NCBI RefSeq assembly: GCF_006345805.1
Contig: NW_021832205.1
Span: forward strand, 1-31,881
Reading direction: 5' to 3'
Length of the DNA: 31,881 nucleotides
DNA from: Octopus sinensis
Taxonomy: Eukaryota
Part shown: positions 19,985-31,507 of the stretch, in pieces
How positions within the stretch are numbered: the stretch's first letter is position 1
Layout: each line of letters opens with the position of its first letter
The notes under the pieces: generated by a model
What the model was told of the DNA's origin: nothing
Database searches by the model: none
Seen by the model: the letters and a program-made list of their open reading frames with translations, nothing else
Made by a program: the position numbers and the translations under genes

Positions 19985-20479
19985 ACTAGCGGAACCCGTG
20001 AATATTTCACGGAATTAATGATAAACTTCTTGGGTTATTTCTGAAAACTTTATCTAAGAAACCTGAAAGGGTAACCTGTGCTGTGTCTGTATCACTCATC
20101 TACTAATCATTAAAAAATGAAGGCAATTGGAATACGATGATTTCTTAATGTACTTTATATATACATTTTATATACTTTATGTACAATTTTATAGACTTAA
20201 TACACAACACTCTCCCGCTTTCTCTCTCCCTCTTCGCCTTACCCTCTTTTTCTCCCACCTTTTTCTTTCGCTTTTCTCTTCAACTAATTACGTGAAAGCA
20301 TTACAGACGGGCCAAGTAACGAAGGAAAAAAATTAGTTTAAACATTTTTTTAATTCACTTACCACCATTTTCCTTTCCCCCACCTCTCTCCCCTCCCCCT
20401 CCTCACCCCTTCAAGTTATCACGTAGAAGCGTTACGGACGGGCTAAGTAACGGACGAACAAACAAGGTTATTATAAGAT
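19985..20479 (+). mobile_element. Possible non-autonomous Helentron/HINE-type element
   Basis: Starts actagc with the hairpin CCGTGAA-tat-TTCACGG (19996-20012); ends acggacgaacaaacaaggttattataagat. The architecture resembles DINE-1/Lep1-type elements as I remember them. Confidence 0.4.
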
Positions 20480-20562
20480 GGCTTGCATTATATTTCAGGG
20501 CAGCCAGCTGGAAAATCGTTAGATCCTTAAAAAGTGCTTCTTTCGGCCCTTTACTTTCTGAG

Positions 20563-20690
20563 TAAGGCTGAGCTGGCAGAATCGTTAGCACGAGGATAAA
20601 AAGGCCTAGCAGTATTTCGCCCATCGTTTTATTCTCAGTTAAAATTCTGCCGAGGACGATTTAGCCTTTCATACTTTCGCTAAAATAATT
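20563..20690 (+). mobile_element. SINE family A 5' part
   Basis: aaggctgagctggcagaatcgttagc...gccgaggacgatttagcctttcat. Confidence 0.75.
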
Positions 20691-20692
20691 AT

Positions 20693-20982
20693 GGCACTGG
20701 TACTCAGTCGGTTACAATGACGAGGGTTCCAGTTCATCCGATCAACGGAACTGCCTCCTCGTGAAATTAATGCGCAAGTGGCTGAGCACTCCGCAGACAA
20801 GAGATGGGATATTCAACGTGACAAGGAATGTGAATAGGCTGGTTCTTTGAAATACAGACACTATTCATTTTTGCCAGCTGAGTGAACTGGAGAAACGGGA
20901 AATAAAGTTTCTTGCTCAAAGACACAACGCGCAGCCGGGAATTGAAATCGAAACCTTACGATCCCCTAATCACTAAGCCAAT
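20693..20982 (-). mobile_element. SINE family C with tail 2
   Basis: Reverse counterpart of 28032-28287 (ggaaccctcgtc, ctcagccacttgcgcattaatttcac, cactcagctggcaaaaatga). Confidence 0.85.
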
Positions 20983-21189
20983 AATTATCATTTGAGCACT
21001 GGGGTTTGATGTAGTCGATTTAACTATCCTGGATATGAGTATATAAAATTGCACCCTTGTATCAAGCTATATCGAACCAGATCTCAAGCTCAAATTCATG
21101 GCCTCCACATCGAACCGTGGTTGGTGGAGAGACTATGCTGTGGCCTTCGCCCTGTAGGCGACTGAACGTGAGGAATCCAATCCAACCCA

Positions 21190-21345
21190 ATGTTTTTAGT
21201 ACAAAAACCGCCAACGCCAACTTTTCCTTTCACCTTTCCAGGTCGAAACAGTAAAGTACCAGTCAAGATGAAGTATAGTCGATGACACCGGCTAGCTCCT
21301 ATCCCTGAAAATTCCTGGCTATGTTCCTAAATTTGAAGCCATGTT
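21190..21345 (+). mobile_element. Degenerate SINE family A 3' part
   Basis: ttttcctttcacctttccaggtcgaaacagtaaagtaccag...aaattcctggctatgttcctaaatttgaagcca. Confidence 0.55.
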
Positions 21346-22868
21346 TTTCATTATATTTCGTTCCTAGTTCTATTTTAATTGAGGTTTTAAATTTCTTTTT
21401 TTTTTTTGTGTGTGTATTTTCTATTAATTATTTTTATTTTTTATCTTTCTTATTTCACTTCTTCTGTATATTGCGCAGGGAATGTTAGCAACTTGTGTGT
21501 TCTTCAAACGAAATTTCCAACAAATCTTTCGCGAAATTGCGAGATTTCTCATCAGAAAATCGTACAGTGTGAATGTGTTTTGCTGATGTGCAATGGTGTG
21601 CACTGATGCAGAAAATGTCAAGAGGAAGTGCACTCGTTAATTGAGAAGAACTTTCTGTGCAGCCTGCGGTAGTACGTGTGTACATCATGGAGACAGTGTG
21701 ATCGGGGTGAGAGGTGGGTCGGAAACTGAGGAGCAACGAGCTGATGGAGAGAAGGAAAGTGAGATGGAAAGAAACGTGAAGGTGAAGTGTGAGGAGAAAA
21801 AGTTTATATGTATGTATGTGTGTGAGTATGTAAGTATGTTTGCATAAACACGTATATGCACACACACATACACACACACATACACAAACATACACACAAA
21901 CAAACACACGTAAATGCATACATAGAGAGAGGACGAAAGGGGGAAATGTACGAGTGTATGAGAAAACATATATTACACGCATTCATTCATGTGTGTGTAT
22001 ATGCGTATTTGTGTCCGTTGTGCGCGTAAAGAGTGCGTGAGTGAATGTGTGCGCCTCTAAAGAGTGAGTGCGCGTGCGTGTGATAAAAAGAAAGAAAGAA
22101 AGAAAAGAAGGAAGAACGAAAGAGAGTAAGTGAACGTATGGGTGTGAGAATTAAAGAGAGACGAAGATGTAAAAGCAAAAGAATGCGACTTGAATTTGTG
22201 TTGTACATATGATTTCATTCGGAGAGTTACCTTCTTATCCAAGGGAAGTAATTTCTCTTCGCCCACGTAACTAACATGTCTTGTCGATAGGCAAGGCACT
22301 TAGATCTTAAAATCCCGCCGGACGAAACTGTAGATACTACAGCGTGATGTAGTTCGATGTAGATGACCAATTAATAAAAACCTTTAGCGTTTCGGTTAGA
22401 TTGTTTTCAGCAATCACTCTATGCTCTAGCTCTTTTTGTTTTGGGTTCAAATCCGACCGAGATTCAATTTTACATCGTTTTTTTTTTTTTGTTTGTTTCA
22501 GAGTCGATAAATATAGTGCCCATTCTTGGGGCACATTTTTCTTTCCTTCTTCATTTGTTATTTCCTATTCTTCCTTTCTTTTTCTTCTCAGCGATCGGAC
22601 CTCGAGATGTATGGCTCCACTAGGTCTAAAATTCCCTAAGACACGCTCTGTATTACAAGGGTAATATTACTCAATTGAGAGTGGGGATCCCATGGCATGA
22701 CATAGTTCATAATTGATGGGTGTCCAGTTGGATTGAAGCAAAGAGTTGAGATTCTGTTGCATGAAAAGTTTACAGACGATAGGCTGCCTTCCTATCCAAA
22801 AGCGCAGAGATTTGCATTTCACTTCTTAAATGATTCGAAACACGAGAAAGAACAATGTTGATAAACTG

Positions 22869-23122
22869 CTCTTTTACTCTTTTACTCTTTTACTTGTTTC
22901 AGTCATTTGACTGTGGCCATGCTGGAGCACCGCCTTTAGTCGAGCAAATCGACCCCAGGACTTATTCTTTGTAAGCCTAGTACTTATTCTATCGGTCTTT
23001 TTTGCCGAACCGCTAAGTTACGGGGAAGTAAACACACCAGCATCGCTTGTCAAGCGATGTTGGGAGGACAAGCACAGACGCACAAACATATACACACAAA
23101 TACATACATACATACATACATA

Positions 23123-23219
<97 letters not shown>

Positions 23220-23358
23220 GACAGGCTTCTTTCAGTTTCCATCTACCAATCCACTCACAAGGCTTTGGTCAGCCCGAGGCTATAGTAGAATACACTTGCC
23301 CGAGGTGCCACGCAGTGAGACTGAACCCAGAACCATCTGGTTGGTTAGCAAGCTACTT
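22869..23358 (-). mobile_element. SINE family B with expanded internal (TA)n
   Basis: Family B modules flank a TA-rich tract at about 23097-23218; (ctctttta)n tail at 22869-22892. Confidence 0.95.
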
Positions 23359-23641
23359 TATTTCATAACATTTGCCATAAAGAGGGAGCCCTTGAAAAAA
23401 ATCATGAAGTTAATGGTCTCAAATTCCGCATGCCAGAGTCGCATCATTTTGTTAAGAGAGAGTTGATGGGGTTTTTTTTCCACAGTCATTTTACATCAAG
23501 GGGAAATATAGAAGAGGCAGTTAACAGCTTCAGATTATTGTTGTTGTTGTTGTTGTTGATTATAACGATGAAGTTGGTGGTAATGGTGTTCATGAGATAT
23601 TTACAGATTTTATCAAGTTTACAAGTGTACAAGTAAGCTCT

Positions 23642-23643
<2 letters not shown>

Positions 23644-23707
<64 letters not shown>

Positions 23708-23790
23708 TATGTATATATATGTACGTATATATGTATATGCATGTATGTACGTAGGTATGCATGTATGCATGTATGTAGGTATATATAGGT
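23644..23790. repeat. (TA)n/(TATG)n microsatellite
   Basis: Directly visible. Confidence 0.93.
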
Positions 23791-24160
23791 AATTATTCAG
23801 TTTTATGTCAAGATTTCCAGTCAGTAGAGAATGACCCGGTTTCTAACCTAGATCCAAGGTTCCTTCATTGGAATTTCAATAGCAGCAACAGGTTATGTTT
23901 GTATTATGTATGCATGTATTATGTATGTATGTATACGCACAGATTTGTATGTTTTGTTTTATGCATGTCTCCTCATGCATATACTTGCATATCTAGACAT
24001 GCTCCTATATATTTCAATTATAAACTTCTGGAAGGGTTTACAGATTTTTACAGTTCCTATCATGGATTGGATCTGTAGTCTTCAAATTAGCTTTTTCCTT
24101 TCTGATTTTGAGAAGCCTAATTTCTCAAGATTGGTATTTAGGGAATGTGTTACTTGTATG

Positions 24161-24268
<108 letters not shown>

Positions 24269-24384
24269 CAATAACAGGGAGAATGGAATGTGAAACACGC
24301 TTATTGCATATTTCTATAACTGTTTCGGTCGAAGGTTATTGTTGGAATGCTATAATATGACCATCGATTTCGGTGAAGGGAAAA

Positions 24385-24535
24385 AACCGTTTACATCGAC
24401 CCAATTGCATATCTGCTATTTTTGTTATCAACTCCGAAAGGTCGAAGGCAAAGTCAACCACAGCGGAATTTGAACTCAAAACGTAAAGACGAACGAAACG
24501 CCCTGATACATTTTGCCCAGCGTGCTAACGATACA
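24385..24535 (-). mobile_element. SINE family A (degenerate)
   Basis: ggcaaagtcaaccacagcggaatttgaactcaaaacgtaaagacg...cgtgctaacgat matches the family A reverse strand. Confidence 0.8.
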
Positions 24536-24714
24536 TCGAATCAGTCTTATTCCAGCAAAACAAAAAAATATCTTTAGGAATATGTAAGAATCGATTTGCT
24601 CATATAACATCAGTGAAGCGATCCATTTTCGTTGAATAATAGTATCTGATAGCCGATACGTGGACGAGCTTTATAAGGTAAACTCCAAGGTTAAAACACA
24701 AATGAAATTAATGC

Positions 24715-25392
24715 ATGTTTATATACATATTTACATGTATATGAATATATGTATTTACACACATATACATATGTGTGTATACATGCGCATCTGCGTGTGC
24801 ATGTGCGTATGCCCATCATAATGTACGTGTGTCTGCGTGTTTGAGTGTGTGAATGTGTATTAATAAATGTATGTATATTTTGGGAATATTTTTATTGTAT
24901 TTTTGATATAGAAGCATAGAATCTGCGTAAATTTATGCAAATACTTATTTGAAGATATTTTTGAAAATGAGCGTATGTATTTGAGCGTGTGAGAGGGTAT
25001 ATGTATGTGTGTATATATATGTGTGTATAAATATGTATGTATATGTATATATATATGATATATATGTGTGTGTTTGTGTATTATGTATGTATGTTATATA
25101 TATATACATATATATACATATGTATAGATATATACATATATATATTTATATATATTTATATGCATACATTTATATATTATATATACGTGTGTGTACATAC
25201 ATATATATATAATTATATTATATAGATGGTTATATACATATTCATATGTGTGTGTAGGTGAGTGTATGTGTGTGTATAAGTGAATTTTCTTTCAAAAATC
25301 ATTTTAATTTCTCGATATCCATATTAGCATCAAAATATGGTTCCTTTGTTTACCTCATCCATCAATTGAATGAACATATATGTATGTGCATA

Positions 25393-25456
<64 letters not shown>

Positions 25457-25556
25457 GCGTATATATATGTATGTATGTATGTATGTATATATGGGTATAT
25501 ATATATAATATATATATATATATGTGTGTATGTGTGCGTATATATCTATATATATA

Positions 25557-25607
<51 letters not shown>

Positions 25608-25630
25608 TCACATGTATGTGTGTGTATGTG
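24715..25630. repeat. Degenerate TA/TG low-complexity block
   Basis: Directly visible. Confidence 0.9.
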
Positions 25631-26167
25631 TCTGGTCTGTAAATGAGTGTCGAATCTCTAATCAGTTATAACAATCTCCTATTATTAATACAAGGTTAAC
25701 ATGCCTCTAGCGAAAGTATTCCTAACGGATATTCAATTTTTTTTAGCTTTTCTTTAGCTTTTTTTTTGTTTTACCAATTTTGGAGATTTTAATTTACATT
25801 TGTTTTTTTTATTTTCATGTAAATTTTTTTAATTATTTTTAATCATTTAATTCTGTTATTGATTTGCAATTATAATTTTGTCATAGAAATTAATAATGGA
25901 CAATTTGATAAAATAGCATTAGTAGATATCTGTGTGTGTATGTGTGTGTGTGAGCATGTGTATATATGTGTGTGTGTGTATGTGTCTGTGGCTGTGTGTG
26001 TGTATGCGTGTGTGTGTATGTGTATTAATCAATGAGAGGCAACAGATATTTTTTTTGCCACATCGATCAAATGTTTAGAATGTATTTTGTGTGAAACACC
26101 TTGTATTATGAGACAAGCTCTTTAAACATGTGAATTATATGCGTGTGTGTGTATGTGTGTGTGTGTG

Positions 26168-26215
<48 letters not shown>

Positions 26216-26400
26216 ATATACAAATACATGCATATAAATATATTTAATGCATAGTTAAATATACACTTATACACACGTTCGCATACACACGCATACACAC
26301 AAGCACACACACACACACACCACACACACAGACATATATAAATGTATATAAATGCACTAGCCTCTACGTACGCGTGCACTTGTCTACGTATGCATATAAG

Positions 26401-26580
<180 letters not shown>

Positions 26581-26789
26581 CTTTAGTAAATAGGCATTAT
26601 TGAATTCAAATTTAACTAAGTGGAGTTACTTAGTTTTGTCTTCATAGAACCTGGACAGCTTTATGACTCGCCTACCCAGAGATAATTCTCAATATGAAAA
26701 GGATATGCCAGCCATTTCACTGATATCAATAGCTCGCCCCCATCTTCAGGTCAGATGGAAAATTCGAAAGATTTTTTTTTTTTTGTAAA

Positions 26790-27208
26790 GGCGTAGGAGT
26801 AGCTGTGTGGCAAGTAGCTTGTTTACGAATTACATAGTTCCGGGTTCAGTTCGACTGCGTGGCACCTTGAGCAAGTGTCTTCTACGATAGCCTCGGGTCG
26901 ACCAAAGCCTTGTGAGTGGATTTAGTAGACGGAAACTGAAAGAAGCCCTCGTATATATGTATATATATATATATATATTTGTGTATGCGTGTGTATATGT
27001 TTGTGTGTCTGTGTTTGTCTCCCAACATCGCTTTACAACCGATGCTGGTATGCTTACGTCCCCGTAACTTAGCGGTTCGGCAAAAGCGTCCGATAGAATA
27101 AGTACTAGGCTTCCGAAGAATAAGTCCTGGGGTCGATTTGGTCGACTAAAGGCGGTGCTCCAGCATGGCCACAGTCAAATGACTGAAACAAGTAAAAGAG
27201 TAAAAGCG
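26790..27208 (+). mobile_element. SINE family B, full length
   Basis: ggcgtaggagtagctgtgtgg head through the ggcggtgctccagcatggccacagtcaaatgactgaaac tail. Confidence 0.95.
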
Positions 27209-28031
27209 TAGAGGCTAAAGTATTTCTTGCCTAATGGAATAGTTTCTATTCCTTTTTCACTGATGTTAATTAAGGACATTGTATTGTTTAAATCATTAAT
27301 GAGGCGTAATCAGGTTTTAGAGATAAAGTAGTCTTTTATATGAAATTCAGTAAGCAGAATACTTGCTGACAGGTCCGAGTTAAGACCCATAGAGGCTCTA
27401 AGCATTTAAAAGGTTTTAGTGTCCCCATATATATGTATATGTGTTTAAATACATATATTCATATACATGTAAAATAATGTCTATTTTTGTATACTACTAC
27501 TTTACTATTAAAAAAAGTAGAACATTTTTCAAATGTAAAGTCTTTCATCAGATCCTCACTCTGACACCATGAACACTTCGAAATCATATTTCCGATCATA
27601 TAAACCACTTCAAAGATCAAAGTGATTTTTTTCTTTGTGGTGGTAACCATTTACCATTTTTATGAAAATCCCACTCACCCCACTTCTCTTGTGCTTAGTT
27701 TGCTTAATGTCTAATCCAGCGTTCCTTGAGGGAACTAAACCCCGTTGTGATTAAGTATTTGTCGTTCCAAAGGAGAAAAGAAATGTTACTTAAAGTTTAG
27801 GTAAGAATTTATCAAACGTTTATTTGCTTAAAATTCCAACGTTCGACTTGACCAAGTTGATTTACAGGGTAGTGGGCTTGCTAATGAAGTTTACCTTGTG
27901 GTCCTTAGAAATGAATTGTAGTTATTTAGGATTGAGAGGTTCTGTTCTACTTTGCAACAATGAGGAAGGAGATGATATGGTGTTCTTGTATGTTGGTGAC
28001 ATTTACAGTAAGTCCCTCTGTATGCAGAAGT

Positions 28032-28287
28032 GAGTTCGATTCCCGACGGCGCGTTGTGTACTTTATTTCACGTTGCTTCAGTTCTCTCAGCTGGTAAAAA
28101 TGAGTAGTATCTGTATTTCAAAGGGCCAGCCTTGTTTCACTTTGTGCCACGCTGAATCTCCCTGAGAACTACTTGATGGGCTCGCGTGCCTGTTGAATGC
28201 TCAGCCACTTGCGCATTAATTTCACAAGGAGGCAGTTCCGTTGATCTGCTACACTGGAACCCTCGTCGTCGTAACCGACGGAGCGCC
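28032..28287 (+). mobile_element. 5'-truncated SINE family C with tail 2 and a probable 10-bp TSD
   Basis: Begins at the B-box gagttcgattcc; flanked by atgcagaagt (28022-28031) and atgtagaagt (28288-28297), one mismatch. Confidence 0.85.
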
Positions 28288-28611
28288 ATGTAGAAGTAAT
28301 AAGTTTAATACGTATAGGTCAGTGCAAAGAATGATTCTTAGTTTTATCCCAGAGAACGTATCTTGATTTGGGTATTCTTACATCTTTCATTATGGCATTG
28401 TGGCTATGACTTTAAACTACATCTGGTAATGGAACAGGAGTTCAAGGGCTTGAGGGATGTGACACCACCTCTTAGCCACTATTTGTTCGCAGATCTACTC
28501 TGACTCGGAGTAGTAGCACCTGGCGGGGCCCCAGCTATGAATTAACAAGCATATGGACCACTGAGAGGGAAAGAACTCCTTCTTCTCATTAGAACCTCCT
28601 TATAGGAGAAG

Positions 28612-28965
28612 ATAAAGGTAAGGTAAAAACACCCTTCGATCACGAATGAGTATGGGATTGCATCTACAAAGTTACCCTCCGAGGAATAAGTCAGGGCCAG
28701 ATTGTTTATGGAACACCAGCGGTTGCTCATGCATACCAGCCTCCCCTCTCCACACCACTCATGTCATCCAAGACAAATGCAAAGGCCGACACAGCTTGGT
28801 ACTAGTGACATCATTATTCATTCATTTCTACAGCTGAGTTAACTGGAGCAATGTAAAATAAAGTGTCTTGCCTAAGAACACAGCACACATTCTGGTCCGC
28901 GAATCGACCTCACTACCTCATGCCTGTAAGCCCGACGCCTTAACCACTGAGCCATGCGCCGTCAC
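28612..28965 (-). mobile_element. SINE family C head with tail 3
   Basis: Reverse strand head gcgcatggctcagtggttaaggcgtcggg, body tttacattgctccagttaactcagctgtagaaatga, and a distinct tail ending near gtttttaccttacctt. Confidence 0.88.
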
Positions 28966-29128
28966 TAAGAGAAGGTAAATCGTATAATAACTTGAAGTAC
29001 TGTTGGTTTTCTTGCAGTCCTAATCCCTGTTGTGCCATTGGTTTTATAGCTAAATGCCCTGAAAAAGTGTGTTCAGTGTTGTGCAACATTTTATCCAGTC
29101 AAAACAAATTCACGAGCAGGAACCTCTT

Positions 29129-29150
29129 CTGTGTGTGTGTGTGTGTGTGT

Positions 29151-29203
<53 letters not shown>
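29129..29203. repeat. (TG)n microsatellite
   Basis: Directly visible. Confidence 0.96.
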
Positions 29204-29205
<2 letters not shown>

Positions 29206-29419
29206 ATACGTTGTTGATGTTGTATCGTTGCTTTAGACGTCTTTATATATTCTAAGGTTTTTAGCACACGCAAGATATTTATATTTTTTCTGATCATAAG
29301 CGTTATATTTGTCTACCTATAAATATTTTTATCTCCATCTGTTTACTCTTACATCTGTTTAAACGTATATACAAATAATATGACACATTTTGATATTTAG
29401 CCATGCCTTATTTACTTAA

Positions 29420-29556
29420 CCTTGTGGCTAGGGGCGTTCGGCTCGCGATCATAATGTCGTGGGTTCAATTGCTAGACCAGATGGCACGTTGTGTATTTGA
29501 GCAGGGCATTTTATTTCATGTTTCTCCAGCCTACTCACTAGATAAATGAGTACCAT
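29420..29556 (+). mobile_element. Degenerate family C SINE head and body
   Basis: gtggctaggggcgttcggctcgcgatc...gggttcaatt...tttatttcatgtttctccag...aaatgagtacc. Confidence 0.65.
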
Positions 29557-29571
29557 CTGAATACTGTTTCA

Positions 29572-29572
<1 letters not shown>

Positions 29573-29631
<59 letters not shown>

Positions 29632-29655
29632 TTCTTTCTTTCCCTCTCTCTCTCC
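29573..29655. repeat. (CT)n microsatellite
   Basis: Directly visible. Confidence 0.95.
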
Positions 29656-29748
29656 CTTCAGCCGTCACATTTTCTTCGATCTTCCACTGCGTCGAAATAT
29701 AAGAGGGTTTAGTGGGTGTATGTACCTGATCACAACTGTGCTGTTGGT

Positions 29749-30741
29749 ATGTGGTGGTATCAAAAAGTTCCAGGACTAGTTCTGTCTAATGAAAAAAATA
29801 ACTTATTTGCCTAAGCTTTTACATCATCTCCTTCGAAATAGGTACCTTGCATAGCAATACACCTGCCCCAGCGTCCCTGCCACTTAAGAAATACAGCCTG
29901 GAAGTCGTTTTTCATAAGCGAGTCGAGGATCTTCTGCGACTCGCTCTGGATCTCGACAATTCTGTTAAAACGGCGCCCTTTGAGAGCTGCAATTTCCTCT
30001 TGGGGCAGAGTGTCGGAAGTTCGCAAGCACTGAATTTGGCGAATGGGTGCAGAAGCGATAACATGTTTTTGGTGAGAAACTCACGAGTGAGAAGAGCTCG
30101 GTGACAGGGCACATTGTCGTCGTGAAGAATCCAATTATTCGTGTACCACAGATCCGGTTGCTTCCTCGGAACGTCCTCCCTCAAATAATTCAAACTGTCG
30201 CAGTAGAACTTTCATTGACGATCTGGTCCTGGAGGACGAATTCTTGCTGCGCAATATCATATTTCTGGGGGTGACGCTTGCAGCAGGTCTTCCAGATTGG
30301 TCATCGTTTTCCTAACCCTAACCCTAACCCTAACCCTATCCCTAACCCTAACCCTAACCCTAACCCCAACCCTAAACCTAACCCTAACCCTAACCCTAAC
30401 CCTTTTGAAGCGCCAGTGCCACTCGAAACATAACGTATGACTCATTGCCTCGTCGCTGTAAGCTTGCCGAAGCTTGTTCAATGTCTCTGTAGCAGACTTC
30501 CCGAGTTTAGCGCAAAATTTCACGTTGATTCTTTGTTCCTGTCCAAAACAAAATCACAGACTACAGAATACACATGATCACAAAAACACAAATTTCATAA
30601 CTTGCGAAGTAAACCCAGCGATGGCACTCGGCATACTGCCTCATGAAGGTCACTACTATCTCTCACTGTGCACGCAGCCGGGTGCTGCTACCAGTTGACG
30701 CGCAACAAAATTATTCCGGGTACTTTTTGAACCACCTTGCA
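29749..30741 (-). mobile_element. Internally deleted mariner (DD34D-like) transposon fossil
   Basis: N-terminal KFCAKLGKSATETLNKLRQAY...CFEWH.RFK (30257..30523), WILHDDNVPCH (29912..30193), C-terminal LKGRRF...WQGRWGRCIAMQGTYFEGD (29811..30026). Imperfect TIRs ggtggt(a)tcaaaaagt(t/a)cc(a/c)gga at about 29752-29775 and 30715-30736. Confidence 0.93.
30311..30402. repeat. Interstitial telomeric sequence (CCCTAA)n / (TTAGGG)n
   Basis: 92 bp: 14 full hexamers (three variants: ccctat, ccccaa, acctaa) plus partial units, inside the mariner ORF. Confidence 0.96.
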
Positions 30742-30856
30742 CATGTTGCCCAACCATAATCATTCATAGGTGACGACGACTGGAGATTGCTTAGCCTCAT
30801 TCAACACGGCTATCAAGAATTTTGGACATTTATAAATTTGTGGTTTTACCTATAAC

Positions 30857-31225
30857 TTTTACTCGTTTTAGTCATTAGACTGCAGCCATGCTGGAGCACC
30901 ACCTTGAAGGGTTTGGTCGAATAGATCATCCCCAATACTTGTTTTTTTTCTTTAATCTGGTACTCATTCTATTGATTTTTTTGCCGAACCGGTAAGTTAC
31001 GAGGACATATACAAACCAACACTGGTTGTCAGATGAGTGGGTTGACAAACAAGCACAAAAACATGCAACATGCACATAAAAATAGCGACGGACTTCCACA
31101 CAGTTTTTGTCTACCGAGTTCACTCACAAGGTATTGGAGCTATAATAGAAAACTAAGGTGCTGCGCAAAGGGGTAGAACCCGAAACCATGTTATTGCAAA
31201 GCAAACTTCTTAACCACACAGCCAT
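30857..31225 (-). mobile_element. SINE family B variant
   Basis: gcagccatgctggagcacc tail, tttttgccgaacc and cactcacaagg modules, head taaccacacagccat. Confidence 0.88.
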
Positions 31226-31507
31226 GTTTGAGCTTAAATATAACAGCTGGAAAGAAAGATGCGTGCGCTAACACTAACCATTGGTATGGGTTCGTTCTCC
31301 TTTTGATAATAAATATCAACAAGCTACAGTACTGCACCTATAACCAGTTGGTGGAAAATCTGCCTGGGGTTAAGCTAGTAGTAACATGGAACAGTCATAT
31401 TGTGGTGACGATTAACTTTACTTGTTAGTATGATTACTACTCTCGTTTCTTATTGAGATTTTACAACTAAAATATATTTCTTTGTAATTTATGTTGGGGA
31501 CAACATT

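Noticed and set aside
22215-22262. Imperfect hairpin cggagagttaccttc...ggaagtaatttctcttcg as a possible pre-miRNA
   Set aside because: Only about 45 nt with bulges and G-U pairs; no recognisable miRNA seed or family.
24643-24677. Possible 35-nt exon encoding SDSRYVDELYK with donor AAG|gtaaac
   Set aside because: The acceptor is weak (gaataatag) and there is no independent support.
28992-29130. Cys-rich plus-strand frame after acceptor ttttcttgcag (ORF 28992..29255)
   Set aside because: No good donor; it runs into (TG)n, and the minus strand (REFVLTG) looks like a small mariner remnant.
30311-30402. Chromosome end or VR-dipeptide coding repeat
   Set aside because: The tract is short and flanked on both sides by collinear mariner sequence; the VRVR peptide is just the translation of TTAGGG.
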